DNA from: Ferroglobus placidus DSM 10642
GTDB lineage: Archaea > Halobacteriota > Archaeoglobi > Archaeoglobales > Archaeoglobaceae
Direction: 5' to 3'
NCBI RefSeq assembly: GCF_000025505.1
Contig: NC_013849.1
Coordinates: 450,001-482,000, forward strand
DNA: 32,000 nucleotides
Under the pieces are notes generated by a model, which searched no databases, was not told the origin of the DNA, and saw only the letters and a list, made by a program, of their open reading frames with translations. The position numbers were made by a program, and so were the translations under genes. The number at the start of each line of letters is the position of its first letter. Position 1 is the stretch's first letter. Positions 9,549-16,532 of the stretch are shown here, one piece after another.

Positions 9549-9740
9549 AACATAAATTTTGGAATAAACCCAAAAATAACGGGATTTTTCGGGTCACATT
9601 CCTATAATTTGTGGGATAAACTGAGGTAATAAAAAACGCAGAGAGCCTCTTTTATTACATAAATTTTGGGATAAGCGTGAAAAAGCCCGGGATTTTTTGG
9701 CTGTATTCACATATTTTTTGGAATAAAAGGAGGTGGGATT
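9549..9740. repeat. imperfect ~107-bp tandem duplication carrying four copies of an 18-19 bp AT-rich box (CATAAATTTTGGRATAAR)
   Basis: Boxes lie at 9551-9568, 9602-9620, 9658-9675 and 9710-9727, spaced 51-56 bp apart. A second shared element, gggatttttYgg, lies at 9581-9593 and 9689-9702. A 9-bp inverted repeat is at 9626-9634 / 9650-9658. Confidence 0.75.
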
Positions 9741-10040
9741 GTGGATGAAAAGAGTAGGGATAGAATATCATGCCTGCTGCTGGTTAAAAACATGGTTCTG
9801 GCGCTGGTAATCGCCCTTGCAATCCCTCCCTTCAGCTTCGTCCTCTTTGGGGAACTTCTTGCAATGCTGGCCCTCAACATCTTCGCCATCCCGCTGCACT
9901 TCCTCGGGCTGATCCATCCCAACCTCTCGTGGTGGATGTGGTGTGTAGTTATCGCATCGTGGATCACCGACATTTCCGCGGCTGCAGTGTTTGGAGATGT
10001 GGGGTTTGGGGTGCACATACGTATCGGAGAGCCCTCTTAA
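9741..10040 (+). CDS. putative small membrane protein (99 aa, 2-3 hydrophobic helices)
   Basis: GTG start after aaggaggtggg. Hydrophobic segments include LALVIALAIPPFSFVLFGELLAMLALNIFAI and WWMWCVVIASWI. Overlapping antisense ORFs make the call less certain. Confidence 0.45.
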   Translation: MDEKSRDRISCLLLVKNMVLALVIALAIPPFSFVLFGELLAMLALNIFAIPLHFLGLIHPNLSWWMWCVVIASWITDISAAAVFGDVGFGVHIRIGEPS

Positions 10041-10084
10041 TTTGTTGTGGTTTTGGTGTTTGTTGAAATCTAGAGGTGGTGTGC

Positions 10085-10537
10085 ATGGGGAGTGTGACTA
10101 ATACAGCGATCTGTCCGGTATGCGGGGAGGAGTACTGGTACGATTATGATACAAGAACCGGAACCACCACAAAGCTCTCATCCTGTGCATGCGACCGTGA
10201 GATAGAATGCATGAGAGAATTCATCAGGATGAAAGGGCTAAAGGATGAGTTCAGGGAGTTCATGAGGGAGAGGGAGAAGGAATACTGGCATGACTGGATT
10301 GTTGAGAGGGGTGAAGTGGCGTATGATGTACAGGAGTTTCTTGAATCTCTCAAAGAGCGCATTGAAAGTATACAGGAGTTCCTGGGCACAGACGACATAC
10401 TGCACGCTGTGGCGGAGGGATTGAAGGCGGTGGGATGTGGCCCGCAGGAACTGGATAAGGTCGTGAGGGAGCTTGCAGAACTTCTTGGAGGAAGTGGAGA
10501 GGCGGTCAGGAAAAAGATGCTGGCTGCACTGCTTTAG
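10085..10537 (+). CDS. zinc-ribbon protein with conserved C-terminal module and tail (..AVRKKMLAALL)
   Basis: ATG 10085 follows gaggtggtgtgc. N-terminal CPVCGEEYWYDYD...SSCAC. The C-terminal ~50 aa are paralogous to the next gene. Confidence 0.75.
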   Translation: MGSVTNTAICPVCGEEYWYDYDTRTGTTTKLSSCACDREIECMREFIRMKGLKDEFREFMREREKEYWHDWIVERGEVAYDVQEFLESLKERIESIQEFLGTDDILHAVAEGLKAVGCGPQELDKVVRELAELLGGSGEAVRKKMLAALL

Positions 10538-10551
10538 CACTGGGTGGTAGT

Positions 10552-10806
10552 TTGCCAATTCTTCCTCTCCATCCCTTCGCCTTGGGACTCTATGCTGACC
10601 TCTCAGCCTGGCTGAAAAGTGTTGAAGAGCATGTTGACGAGCTCCTTTCTGAAGGAGGCGATGAGTTGCTGGAAATCGTGGCGGAGAGCTTGAAGGAGAC
10701 AGGGTGCGACCCGGAGGAGCTGGATGAAACTGTGAGGGGGCTTGCAGAGCTGCTCGGTGAAAATGAGGAAGTAGTCAGAAGGAAAATCCTTGAGAAGATT
10801 CTGTAG
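10552..10806 (+). CDS. small protein, paralog of the C-terminal module of the upstream gene, with tail (..VVRRKILEKIL)
   Basis: TTG start sits exactly at the cassette position (gggtggtagtTTG, 10542-10554). LEIVAESLKETGCDPEELDETVRGLAELLGENEEVVRRKILEKIL aligns with LHAVAEGLKAVGCGPQELDKVVRELAELLGGSGEAVRKKMLAALL. Confidence 0.7.
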   Translation: MPILPLHPFALGLYADLSAWLKSVEEHVDELLSEGGDELLEIVAESLKETGCDPEELDETVRGLAELLGENEEVVRRKILEKIL

Positions 10807-10861
10807 TTTGCCTCTTGCCTTTGTTTTTGGTTTTTGGTTGGTTTTAAAGAGAGGTGGTAGT
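10807..10861 (+). promoter_or_regulatory. representative G+T-rich intergenic spacer plus conserved RBS cassette
   Basis: tttgcctcttgcctttgtttttggtttttggttggttttaaagagaggtggtagt is nearly devoid of A and C until the cassette. About 20 analogous spacers occur in the window (see findings). Confidence 0.5.
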
Positions 10862-11245
10862 ATGGTTGTTGAGGAGGTTAGGGAAATTCAGCTGATGCTG
10901 GAGTGTTTTTGCGGGATTCCGAGCGAGGATGAGGTTGAAGAGATCAATGAGATACAGAGTGCAAAGGTGAGGAGATTTCTCAGAAAGTACGGCTGGGGAT
11001 ATGGCGTGAACATCAACCTGAACGAGTACCACCCTGAACCTGTTTTCAGGGTTCAGAGAGAGGATGAGGCAGGAGGATGCGATGCCCTGATCCCGCCCGA
11101 TGCTGATATGGAGAAGCTGGAAGAGCTCAAGAGAGCAATAATCTTCTGGAACGAGAACTCTCTAAATGAGGCTGGCAGGAAGATGCTTGACAGGGTGTTT
11201 GACCTGCTCGATGAGCTTGGGGCGGTTGAGCTTAACTGGTACTGA
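10862..11245 (+). CDS. hypothetical acidic protein (127 aa)
   Basis: Same frame as track ORF 10790..11245. ATG 10862 is preceded by the canonical cassette gaggtggtagtATG (10851-10864). Confidence 0.65.
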   Translation: MVVEEVREIQLMLECFCGIPSEDEVEEINEIQSAKVRRFLRKYGWGYGVNINLNEYHPEPVFRVQREDEAGGCDALIPPDADMEKLEELKRAIIFWNENSLNEAGRKMLDRVFDLLDELGAVELNWY

Positions 11246-11286
11246 GTTTTGAGTTTTTGGTTTTTAAGGTGTGAGGAGGTGGTAGT

Positions 11287-11541
11287 ATGACTTTGGTGGG
11301 AGAAGAGAGAGTTAGGAAGTTTGTGATTGTGCAGTTCTATGACAGCGAGATGGAAGACACACCATTCCTCGTTGAAACAGATCTGACTGAGGAGGAGCTT
11401 TCAGAGCAGGTTGAGGAGATCATAAAGAGATATGAGGAAGAGGAGTTCTACGACTGGTCGTATGATGATATTGTGGAGGAGCTTAAGAAAAGGGGCGTGA
11501 TCAGAGTTATCCCCGCTGACTTCTACAGAATCTACGCCTGA
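11287..11541 (+). CDS. small acidic protein (84 aa), tandem paralog family
   Basis: Cassette gaggtggtagtATG at 11276-11289. WSYDDIVEELKKRGVIRVIPADFYRIYA aligns with the next gene. Confidence 0.7.
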   Translation: MTLVGEERVRKFVIVQFYDSEMEDTPFLVETDLTEEELSEQVEEIIKRYEEEEFYDWSYDDIVEELKKRGVIRVIPADFYRIYA

Positions 11542-11612
11542 TTTCTTGTAATTGGTCTTCTGGCTTTTTGGGTTTTTGATTTTTGATTGATTGGAAGTGA
11601 GGATGTGGTAGA

Positions 11613-11858
11613 ATGGGCGAAGATGAGAAGAAAATGGTGGTTTTGCGCCTCTATGATGAGAATTTACACAGTATCTATGTCGTAAAGACGGTCTTGACTG
11701 AGAAGGAACTTTCTAAGCTCGTCAGGGAGGTTGTTGATGAGATCTTTGAAACCAATTGGTGTTATGAGGACATCATCGAAGAGCTGGAGAAGAGAGGGGC
11801 TATTGAGAGGGTTAATGCTGATTTCTGCGAGATTTATGTCCCGCTTTTTGATTTTTGA
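11613..11858 (+). CDS. small acidic protein (81 aa), tandem paralog of 11287..11541
   Basis: Cassette gatgtggtagaATG at 11602-11615. WCYEDIIEELEKRGAIERVNADFCEIYV aligns with the previous gene. Confidence 0.7.
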   Translation: MGEDEKKMVVLRLYDENLHSIYVVKTVLTEKELSKLVREVVDEIFETNWCYEDIIEELEKRGAIERVNADFCEIYVPLFDF

Positions 11859-11892
11859 TTGAGGCAGTGGTTTATGGGCGGGGGGATTTGTA

Positions 11893-12621
11893 ATGGGGAA
11901 GCTCTCTAAAAAATGCCCAAAATGCGGATCAAAGGAAGTTGTAACCATGCATCCCACCGATGGCAAGGCTGTTGAGGATCTCGAAAGACTGTCTGAAAGC
12001 AGCTACTGGCAGGATCTTGTGTACATACAGTGCAGAAACTGCGGATATTACCTGGACAGCAAAAAACCAGCTCCTGCATCCGCAACATTCTGCAGCGAGT
12101 GCTTCTGCTTCGGTTACACCAAACTGTATCAGGACTTCGTCACCTACAGCGGATTCGATGAGGAGGTTGATAACTCATCAGATCTCGTAAGAGTCTACTG
12201 TCCTGCATGCGATGGTGAGGAGCTGGTAAAGGTTGATCTCAGCACAGAGTTTTCAGAAATTCTGTCTGAGCTTGGTGATCTGGCAGATGAGGAAGGGATT
12301 AGCCTGACACAGAGCATAGAGTGGGCAGATGATGAGAGCACTGCCAGGGAGTACTCAATAGCAGCCCTGATCTTTACCGCTGCAGGGAAGGGCATTATCA
12401 GAACAAAGCACCACACCTCCACACGGCATGTGAATGAAAATACGGAAAAAGCGAGGGAGCTGCTTGAAAAGGCAATAAGGGTGGATGCAAGGGCTGTAAT
12501 TAATGTGGTTAAGCTCCTGTCAAAGACGCGGGCCTGGAGAGATGCGAAGGTGAGGGACGTTGCAGTGTGGGTGGATGCAGTGATCAGAAATCACCCTGAA
12601 GTCCTTGCAGACCTCATGTAA
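11893..12621 (+). CDS. double zinc-ribbon protein, AAGKG family (242 aa)
   Basis: Cys pairs CPKCGSKE...CRNCGYY and CSECFCF...CPACDGEE. The motif YSIAALIFTAAGKG is shared with the 15445 and 29631 proteins. Confidence 0.7.
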   Translation: MGKLSKKCPKCGSKEVVTMHPTDGKAVEDLERLSESSYWQDLVYIQCRNCGYYLDSKKPAPASATFCSECFCFGYTKLYQDFVTYSGFDEEVDNSSDLVRVYCPACDGEELVKVDLSTEFSEILSELGDLADEEGISLTQSIEWADDESTAREYSIAALIFTAAGKGIIRTKHHTSTRHVNENTEKARELLEKAIRVDARAVINVVKLLSKTRAWRDAKVRDVAVWVDAVIRNHPEVLADLM

Positions 12622-12700
12622 ACCTTGACAATGCTTTTATTAATTAAAGAAGGAAGAGAACACGGTTTTTGGATTTTAAGGCAGATAGTTGGGTGAGAAA

Positions 12701-13303
12701 ATGTCATGGGAGACGCTTGTTGTGGGATCTTTAGCCTTCAAATCCGGAACTCCTGAAGAGATCAAGTTACAGATTCTTGAGGAGCTCGAAGAGGTGCTGG
12801 AAACAACGATAGAGTATGATGCAAGGTGGCAGGAGTGGAAATTTGAGGACGTTAACTGGACATCACACGTCTCTGAAGAAAAAATAAGGAAGGTTTACAA
12901 TAAATGGAGGCCTTTCTTCACCAGATTTTCAGTATCGCTGTACTACCTATCTGAAGCAGATTACAGCGAGCACGATGAGGCTGAAGATCAGGATGCAAAG
13001 GCAATTCTGGAGGGAATTGTAGATTCTCTCCTGAGAGGGGAGAATGACGGAGATTTGGGTGAGGAGGAAAATAGCGTGGGCGAGGTGCTCGAACTCCTTA
13101 CAAAGTTTGTGAGGGGGGTGAAGGACAGAGATGTAGTGCGTGAGGTGCTTACACCAAAAATTGACAGAATAGCAGAAGTCATTGCAGAGAGAGGAGGGAT
13201 TGAGAGGGAAAAGATGCCTGTGGTTCTGGAACTTATTGGTGTTCTGGAGGAAATGAACATTCCGGCGGAGGGGCTCAAGAAAACCCTGCTTGAGGCCGCG
13301 TAA
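12701..13303 (+). CDS. hypothetical acidic protein with tail-like C-terminus (..GLKKTLLEAA)
   Basis: Same frame as track ORF 12689..13303. ATG 12701 follows gggtgag. An AT-rich TATA-like stretch, cttttattaattaaag, lies about 55 nt upstream. Confidence 0.65.
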   Translation: MSWETLVVGSLAFKSGTPEEIKLQILEELEEVLETTIEYDARWQEWKFEDVNWTSHVSEEKIRKVYNKWRPFFTRFSVSLYYLSEADYSEHDEAEDQDAKAILEGIVDSLLRGENDGDLGEEENSVGEVLELLTKFVRGVKDRDVVREVLTPKIDRIAEVIAERGGIEREKMPVVLELIGVLEEMNIPAEGLKKTLLEAA

Positions 13304-13338
13304 GCTTTTGGATGTTGTAATGCAGGAGGGGAAGTGAG

Positions 13339-14586
13339 ATGCTAATTTATGAGACTGACAGCATGGCTGTAAGGCAAACCGGAGATATTCTGGAGATAGA
13401 AATTAGGAGAGAGCTTGATGGAGGGGAGTTCCGGCAGCTTTGCGAGGCTGTAGATCTGGCAAGTGGTTTAGATTTCATAAAGCTCAGGTACGGCAGTAGC
13501 GAAACTGGATATATCCTCTCTGTGGAGAACAGGAGGACAAAGTCAGCTGGAGTGATCCTGATTCCGAACAGCCCCGTGCGGATGACAGTTAACCTGAAAA
13601 CCGTTGAAGTTGAGAGCGATCCGGAAATATACGGAAGGTTCACAATGCTCATAAAGAAGTTTGGGAACTACCGCCTGCCCTTGCCCGACGCAATCAGGGT
13701 TGAGGATGCGGGCAGGATTGTGTTCAGAGAGTACCATGGCCCCCTCTTCGACGCAAAACTTTACGAGGCCGTGCTTGATGTTGAGAATGGGGAGATAGAG
13801 TACAGGATACAGGGTAGCGGCAAGGCCCAGCCCCCGTTATCCCCGCTATACGTTGTGAAAGATACTACAAGGAAGGGAAAGAGGTATCTGGTGTTCAAAG
13901 ATGCGCTCCACCCCTTCGACACCGTATATTACAGCATCCTCAGGGATGAAATACGGTATGAGAATGACTACGGCAACAGGGTTGCGGAGTTCTGGAGGAG
14001 AGTGAGGGATGCAGGGTTTAAACTGCTTGGCGCGGACATGCAGGAGAAGGTACTGGAGAAGCTGAAAACAGAGAGCATTGATGACGTGCTTGAGTGGTAC
14101 AAAAAGCAGCATGATAAAATGCATGCTACCCTTAAGAGAAACGAAGAGGTGAGAGAGTTATTTGAGAGACTCATAACTGACTGCTATCTTGAAACCAGCT
14201 CCTGCACAGTTGCAGTTCTTCCAACAGACTACAGAACCATGCTGCTGATCCATGGCAGCGAGTGTGAGGTTCTGGTGAAGGAATATGCAGATGACTGGAC
14301 AAAAAGGAGAGACACATACAAGGTTCTGCGAAGAATTATGGATGGGAGAGTGGAGGATGCAGTAAGAGAGGCTGAGAGCTGCGCCGTAAAACTTGACAGT
14401 ATGGCCGCAGGAGAGAGACTTGTGGAAGAGTTCAAGAGGATCAGGAAAGGACGGTATACTGTGTACTTCATCCATGATGGGAGAATGATGCATGGGTGGG
14501 ATGACAGGCACAAAAAACTGCCCGATCTTCTGCTACCCAAACTCCCGATGTCAATCAGACAGGCCGTGCTGGCTGCCATGCTCTGA
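13339..14586 (+). CDS. hypothetical protein (415 aa) with tail (..SIRQAVLAAML)
   Basis: Long ORF. ATG follows ggaggggaagtgag. No recognisable domain. Confidence 0.7.
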   Translation: MLIYETDSMAVRQTGDILEIEIRRELDGGEFRQLCEAVDLASGLDFIKLRYGSSETGYILSVENRRTKSAGVILIPNSPVRMTVNLKTVEVESDPEIYGRFTMLIKKFGNYRLPLPDAIRVEDAGRIVFREYHGPLFDAKLYEAVLDVENGEIEYRIQGSGKAQPPLSPLYVVKDTTRKGKRYLVFKDALHPFDTVYYSILRDEIRYENDYGNRVAEFWRRVRDAGFKLLGADMQEKVLEKLKTESIDDVLEWYKKQHDKMHATLKRNEEVRELFERLITDCYLETSSCTVAVLPTDYRTMLLIHGSECEVLVKEYADDWTKRRDTYKVLRRIMDGRVEDAVREAESCAVKLDSMAAGERLVEEFKRIRKGRYTVYFIHDGRMMHGWDDRHKKLPDLLLPKLPMSIRQAVLAAML

Positions 14587-14644
14587 ATTTGATTGGGCTG
14601 GATTGGACTGGTAGATTGATAGTTTATAATTTTGAGTTTTTGAG

Positions 14645-15298
14645 GTGGTTGGTGTGTTTAGTGCAAACTCCCCCGTGTTTAGCGCAAACCCCTCTCAGAG
14701 AGATTACGTAAAGATCTGCAAACCAGCGTTCTTCTCTAACAGCATACCCGAGAACAACCTGCTTTTCAGCCTCCTCCTGGATGGTAGCAGTGACAGCAGC
14801 AATCATTCAACCGAGAGAGCTGAAGAGTACGGAGAGAGATTCTGGAGGCTTGCGGGAGAGAGGCATACGCTGATCTGCTACGATATTGGAGATCGCTTAA
14901 TCCTGGAACGCGTGGAGGAATGCCACCACGACGACTCAATTCTCGACGAGCTATATGCTGCTGCCAGCATTCTCTCCGAAGCCGGGTTGAAGAGGAAGCA
15001 GGAGTTCTTTGAGAGGATTGGGGGAGAGAAGGTTAGAGAATTTATTGCGAAGCACTCCGACTACTTCATTGAGATCTTTGAATCCGAGGATGACGAGGTT
15101 ATGGGAGTGGCCACGACAATCATCAACTCTCCGGCTCCTGTGCTCTGCCAGCTTCTGCACGTTCTGACGGATGCAGAGGATGGAGAGAAGTGCGAAGCTG
15201 CTGCGAGGGTTGTTTCTGCTCTCGGTGGAGAAAGGCTTGTGGCTGTTCTGGGAAGCGACTTCACGCTGAGGAGAAGACTTCTTCCGTATCTGATCTGA
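14645..15298 (+). CDS. hypothetical protein with tail (..LRRRLLPYLI); start uncertain
   Basis: The ORF has only GTG candidates (14645, 14654) after gaggtgg. Its first ~15 codons are a 21-bp tandem DNA repeat, so the true start may be further downstream. The C-terminal half looks like a normal acidic helical protein. Confidence 0.55.
   Translation: MVGVFSANSPVFSANPSQRDYVKICKPAFFSNSIPENNLLFSLLLDGSSDSSNHSTERAEEYGERFWRLAGERHTLICYDIGDRLILERVEECHHDDSILDELYAAASILSEAGLKRKQEFFERIGGEKVREFIAKHSDYFIEIFESEDDEVMGVATTIINSPAPVLCQLLHVLTDAEDGEKCEAAARVVSALGGERLVAVLGSDFTLRRRLLPYLI
14654..14695. repeat. 21-bp direct tandem repeat x2 (gtgtttagYgcaaac + C-rich spacer)
   Basis: gtgtttagtgcaaac at 14654-14668 and gtgtttagcgcaaac at 14675-14689, each followed by a C-run. 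A TATA-like tttataat at 14623-14630 lies about 25 bp upstream. Confidence 0.7.
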
Positions 15299-15322
15299 TT
15301 TTTGAAGTAGTAGGTGATTTGC

Positions 15323-15457
15323 ATGCTGGTAATGAGCATGCTTAAAGGATTGCACGTCGTGAAGAGCGAGGAGCTAGATTGGCTCACAACTTTTGAGAAT
15401 TATCTGTGGGATCGAGAAGATGAAAAGCCAGGAGTTGAGAGAGGATGTCCGAATTAA
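15323..15457 (+). CDS. possible small ORF (44 aa)
   Basis: ATG is preceded by taggtga. It encodes MLVMSMLKGLHVVKSEELDWLTTFENYLWDREDEKPGVERGCPN and overlaps the next start by 13 nt. It is below the ORF-track size cutoff. Confidence 0.3.
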   Translation: MLVMSMLKGLHVVKSEELDWLTTFENYLWDREDEKPGVERGCPN

Positions 15458-15894
15458 CAGAGGTGCAGTTCTGCAAGAACTGCTTGAGCTGCAGGTATAT
15501 AGTCAGGGGGAGAAGCTGGGAGGGCTATTACGAGTGGGAGCGTCTCGGCTTCATTGATCAGCGCTCGTATGAAGATGGCATGATGGAAGCGGTTTGCAGC
15601 AGGTGTGGTGGTGAAGAGTTCATAGTTGTGTGGACATCGGAGAACATTGAGGGGATTATTGAATCGGCCCTGCAGAGATACCGGTTAGATAGCAAAGACC
15701 ACTTCGAGGATGTTGCTCTTGCAGCGGTTCTCCTGGCCTCTGCAGGAAAAGGAGGGGCAGAGCTACGACAGTACGATTTTCTCAGCGATCTGTGGGTCGG
15801 AGAGGATTTCGAGGATTTTGAAGACCTGCTTTCCAGAGCCCCGAAACAGCAGCTGGAGAGAGCGAAAAGGGCTCTCCTGGGCATTCTCCTGTAA
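15445..15894 (+). CDS. zinc-ribbon protein, AAGKG family, with tail (..AKRALLGILL)
   Basis: CKNCLSC...CSRCGGEEF plus ALAAVLLASAGKG, paralogous to 11893..12621. Confidence 0.7.
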   Translation: MSELTEVQFCKNCLSCRYIVRGRSWEGYYEWERLGFIDQRSYEDGMMEAVCSRCGGEEFIVVWTSENIEGIIESALQRYRLDSKDHFEDVALAAVLLASAGKGGAELRQYDFLSDLWVGEDFEDFEDLLSRAPKQQLERAKRALLGILL

Positions 15895-15955
15895 TCTATC
15901 CTGAGTTTCGCTGGTTTTTTGGAATTTTAACCTTTGATTGGTGAGGTGGTAGTAT

Positions 15956-16033
15956 ATGATGTGGTGGTGGAATACAGTCTGGTACTGGTGGTTTATAACT
16001 GCGAGATGGACGATGCTGCTGATGGGTAGATGA
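15956..16033 (+). CDS. candidate Trp-rich micropeptide (25 aa: MMWWWNTVWYWWFITARWTMLLMGR)
   Basis: A perfect cassette, gaggtggtagtatATG (15943-15958), precedes it. Both sides carry GT-rich spacers, like the neighbouring genes. 7 of 25 residues are Trp. Confidence 0.35.
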   Translation: MMWWWNTVWYWWFITARWTMLLMGR

Positions 16034-16090
16034 GTTTTTGGATTTTGTTTGATTTTGATTGGTTTGGTTAAGTTATGTGGAGGTGGTAGA
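16034..16090 (+). promoter_or_regulatory. G+T-rich intergenic spacer plus RBS cassette
   Basis: gtttttggattttgtttgattttgattggtttggttaagttatgtggaggtggtaga. Confidence 0.5.
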
Positions 16091-16378
16091 ATGGGCAACC
16101 TGTATTTTGTTACTGAAGATGGGGAGGTTTATGATGACAGTAAAGACATCCCCGAAGGGAAGCCGAGCATAATGGTTCACGGCTGGAGGGATCTTGAGAA
16201 GGTTCTGCACAAGCTTGAGAGCGGGGAGGACTTCCTGGAAATTGCGAGCAGGATGTGTTCAATGTGTGGTGGCTTTGCCGAGAATGGGGATTGCAGATGC
16301 GGAAACTTCACACCTCAGCTCATCTTCGATGATAGGGGCTGCGTGATCAGATACACCTACGTTGAACTTCTATGCTAG
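16091..16378 (+). CDS. hypothetical Cys-containing protein (95 aa)
   Basis: Same frame as track ORF 16049..16378. Cassette gaggtggtagaATG at 16080-16093. Contains CSMCGGFAENGDCRCG. Confidence 0.65.
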   Translation: MGNLYFVTEDGEVYDDSKDIPEGKPSIMVHGWRDLEKVLHKLESGEDFLEIASRMCSMCGGFAENGDCRCGNFTPQLIFDDRGCVIRYTYVELLC

Positions 16379-16532
16379 GGATTAGATGCACGACATCCTC
16401 TCTAGAAGAGCAATTTTCTCTTCTACCTATAACTATAAAATTCTTCGAAAACTGTACCAAAATTCGAGTTTTGAACCAAAACGGCTATTAAAACAGAGAT
16501 ACAAGTAAAATTAAAGATAAGGAGGTGATAAA

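Noticed and set aside
9745-9810. 21-aa ORF from ATG 9745 overlapping the GTG 9741 membrane-protein ORF
   Set aside because: It is very short, and the GTG frame gives a 99-aa product with coherent hydrophobic helices. Neither can be confirmed from sequence alone.
10840-10850. TTTTAAAG / TTTAAGG motifs just upstream of many start codons considered as TATA boxes
   Set aside because: They lie only ~10-20 nt from the start codon and upstream of the RBS. A TATA box there would place the transcription start inside or after the start codon.
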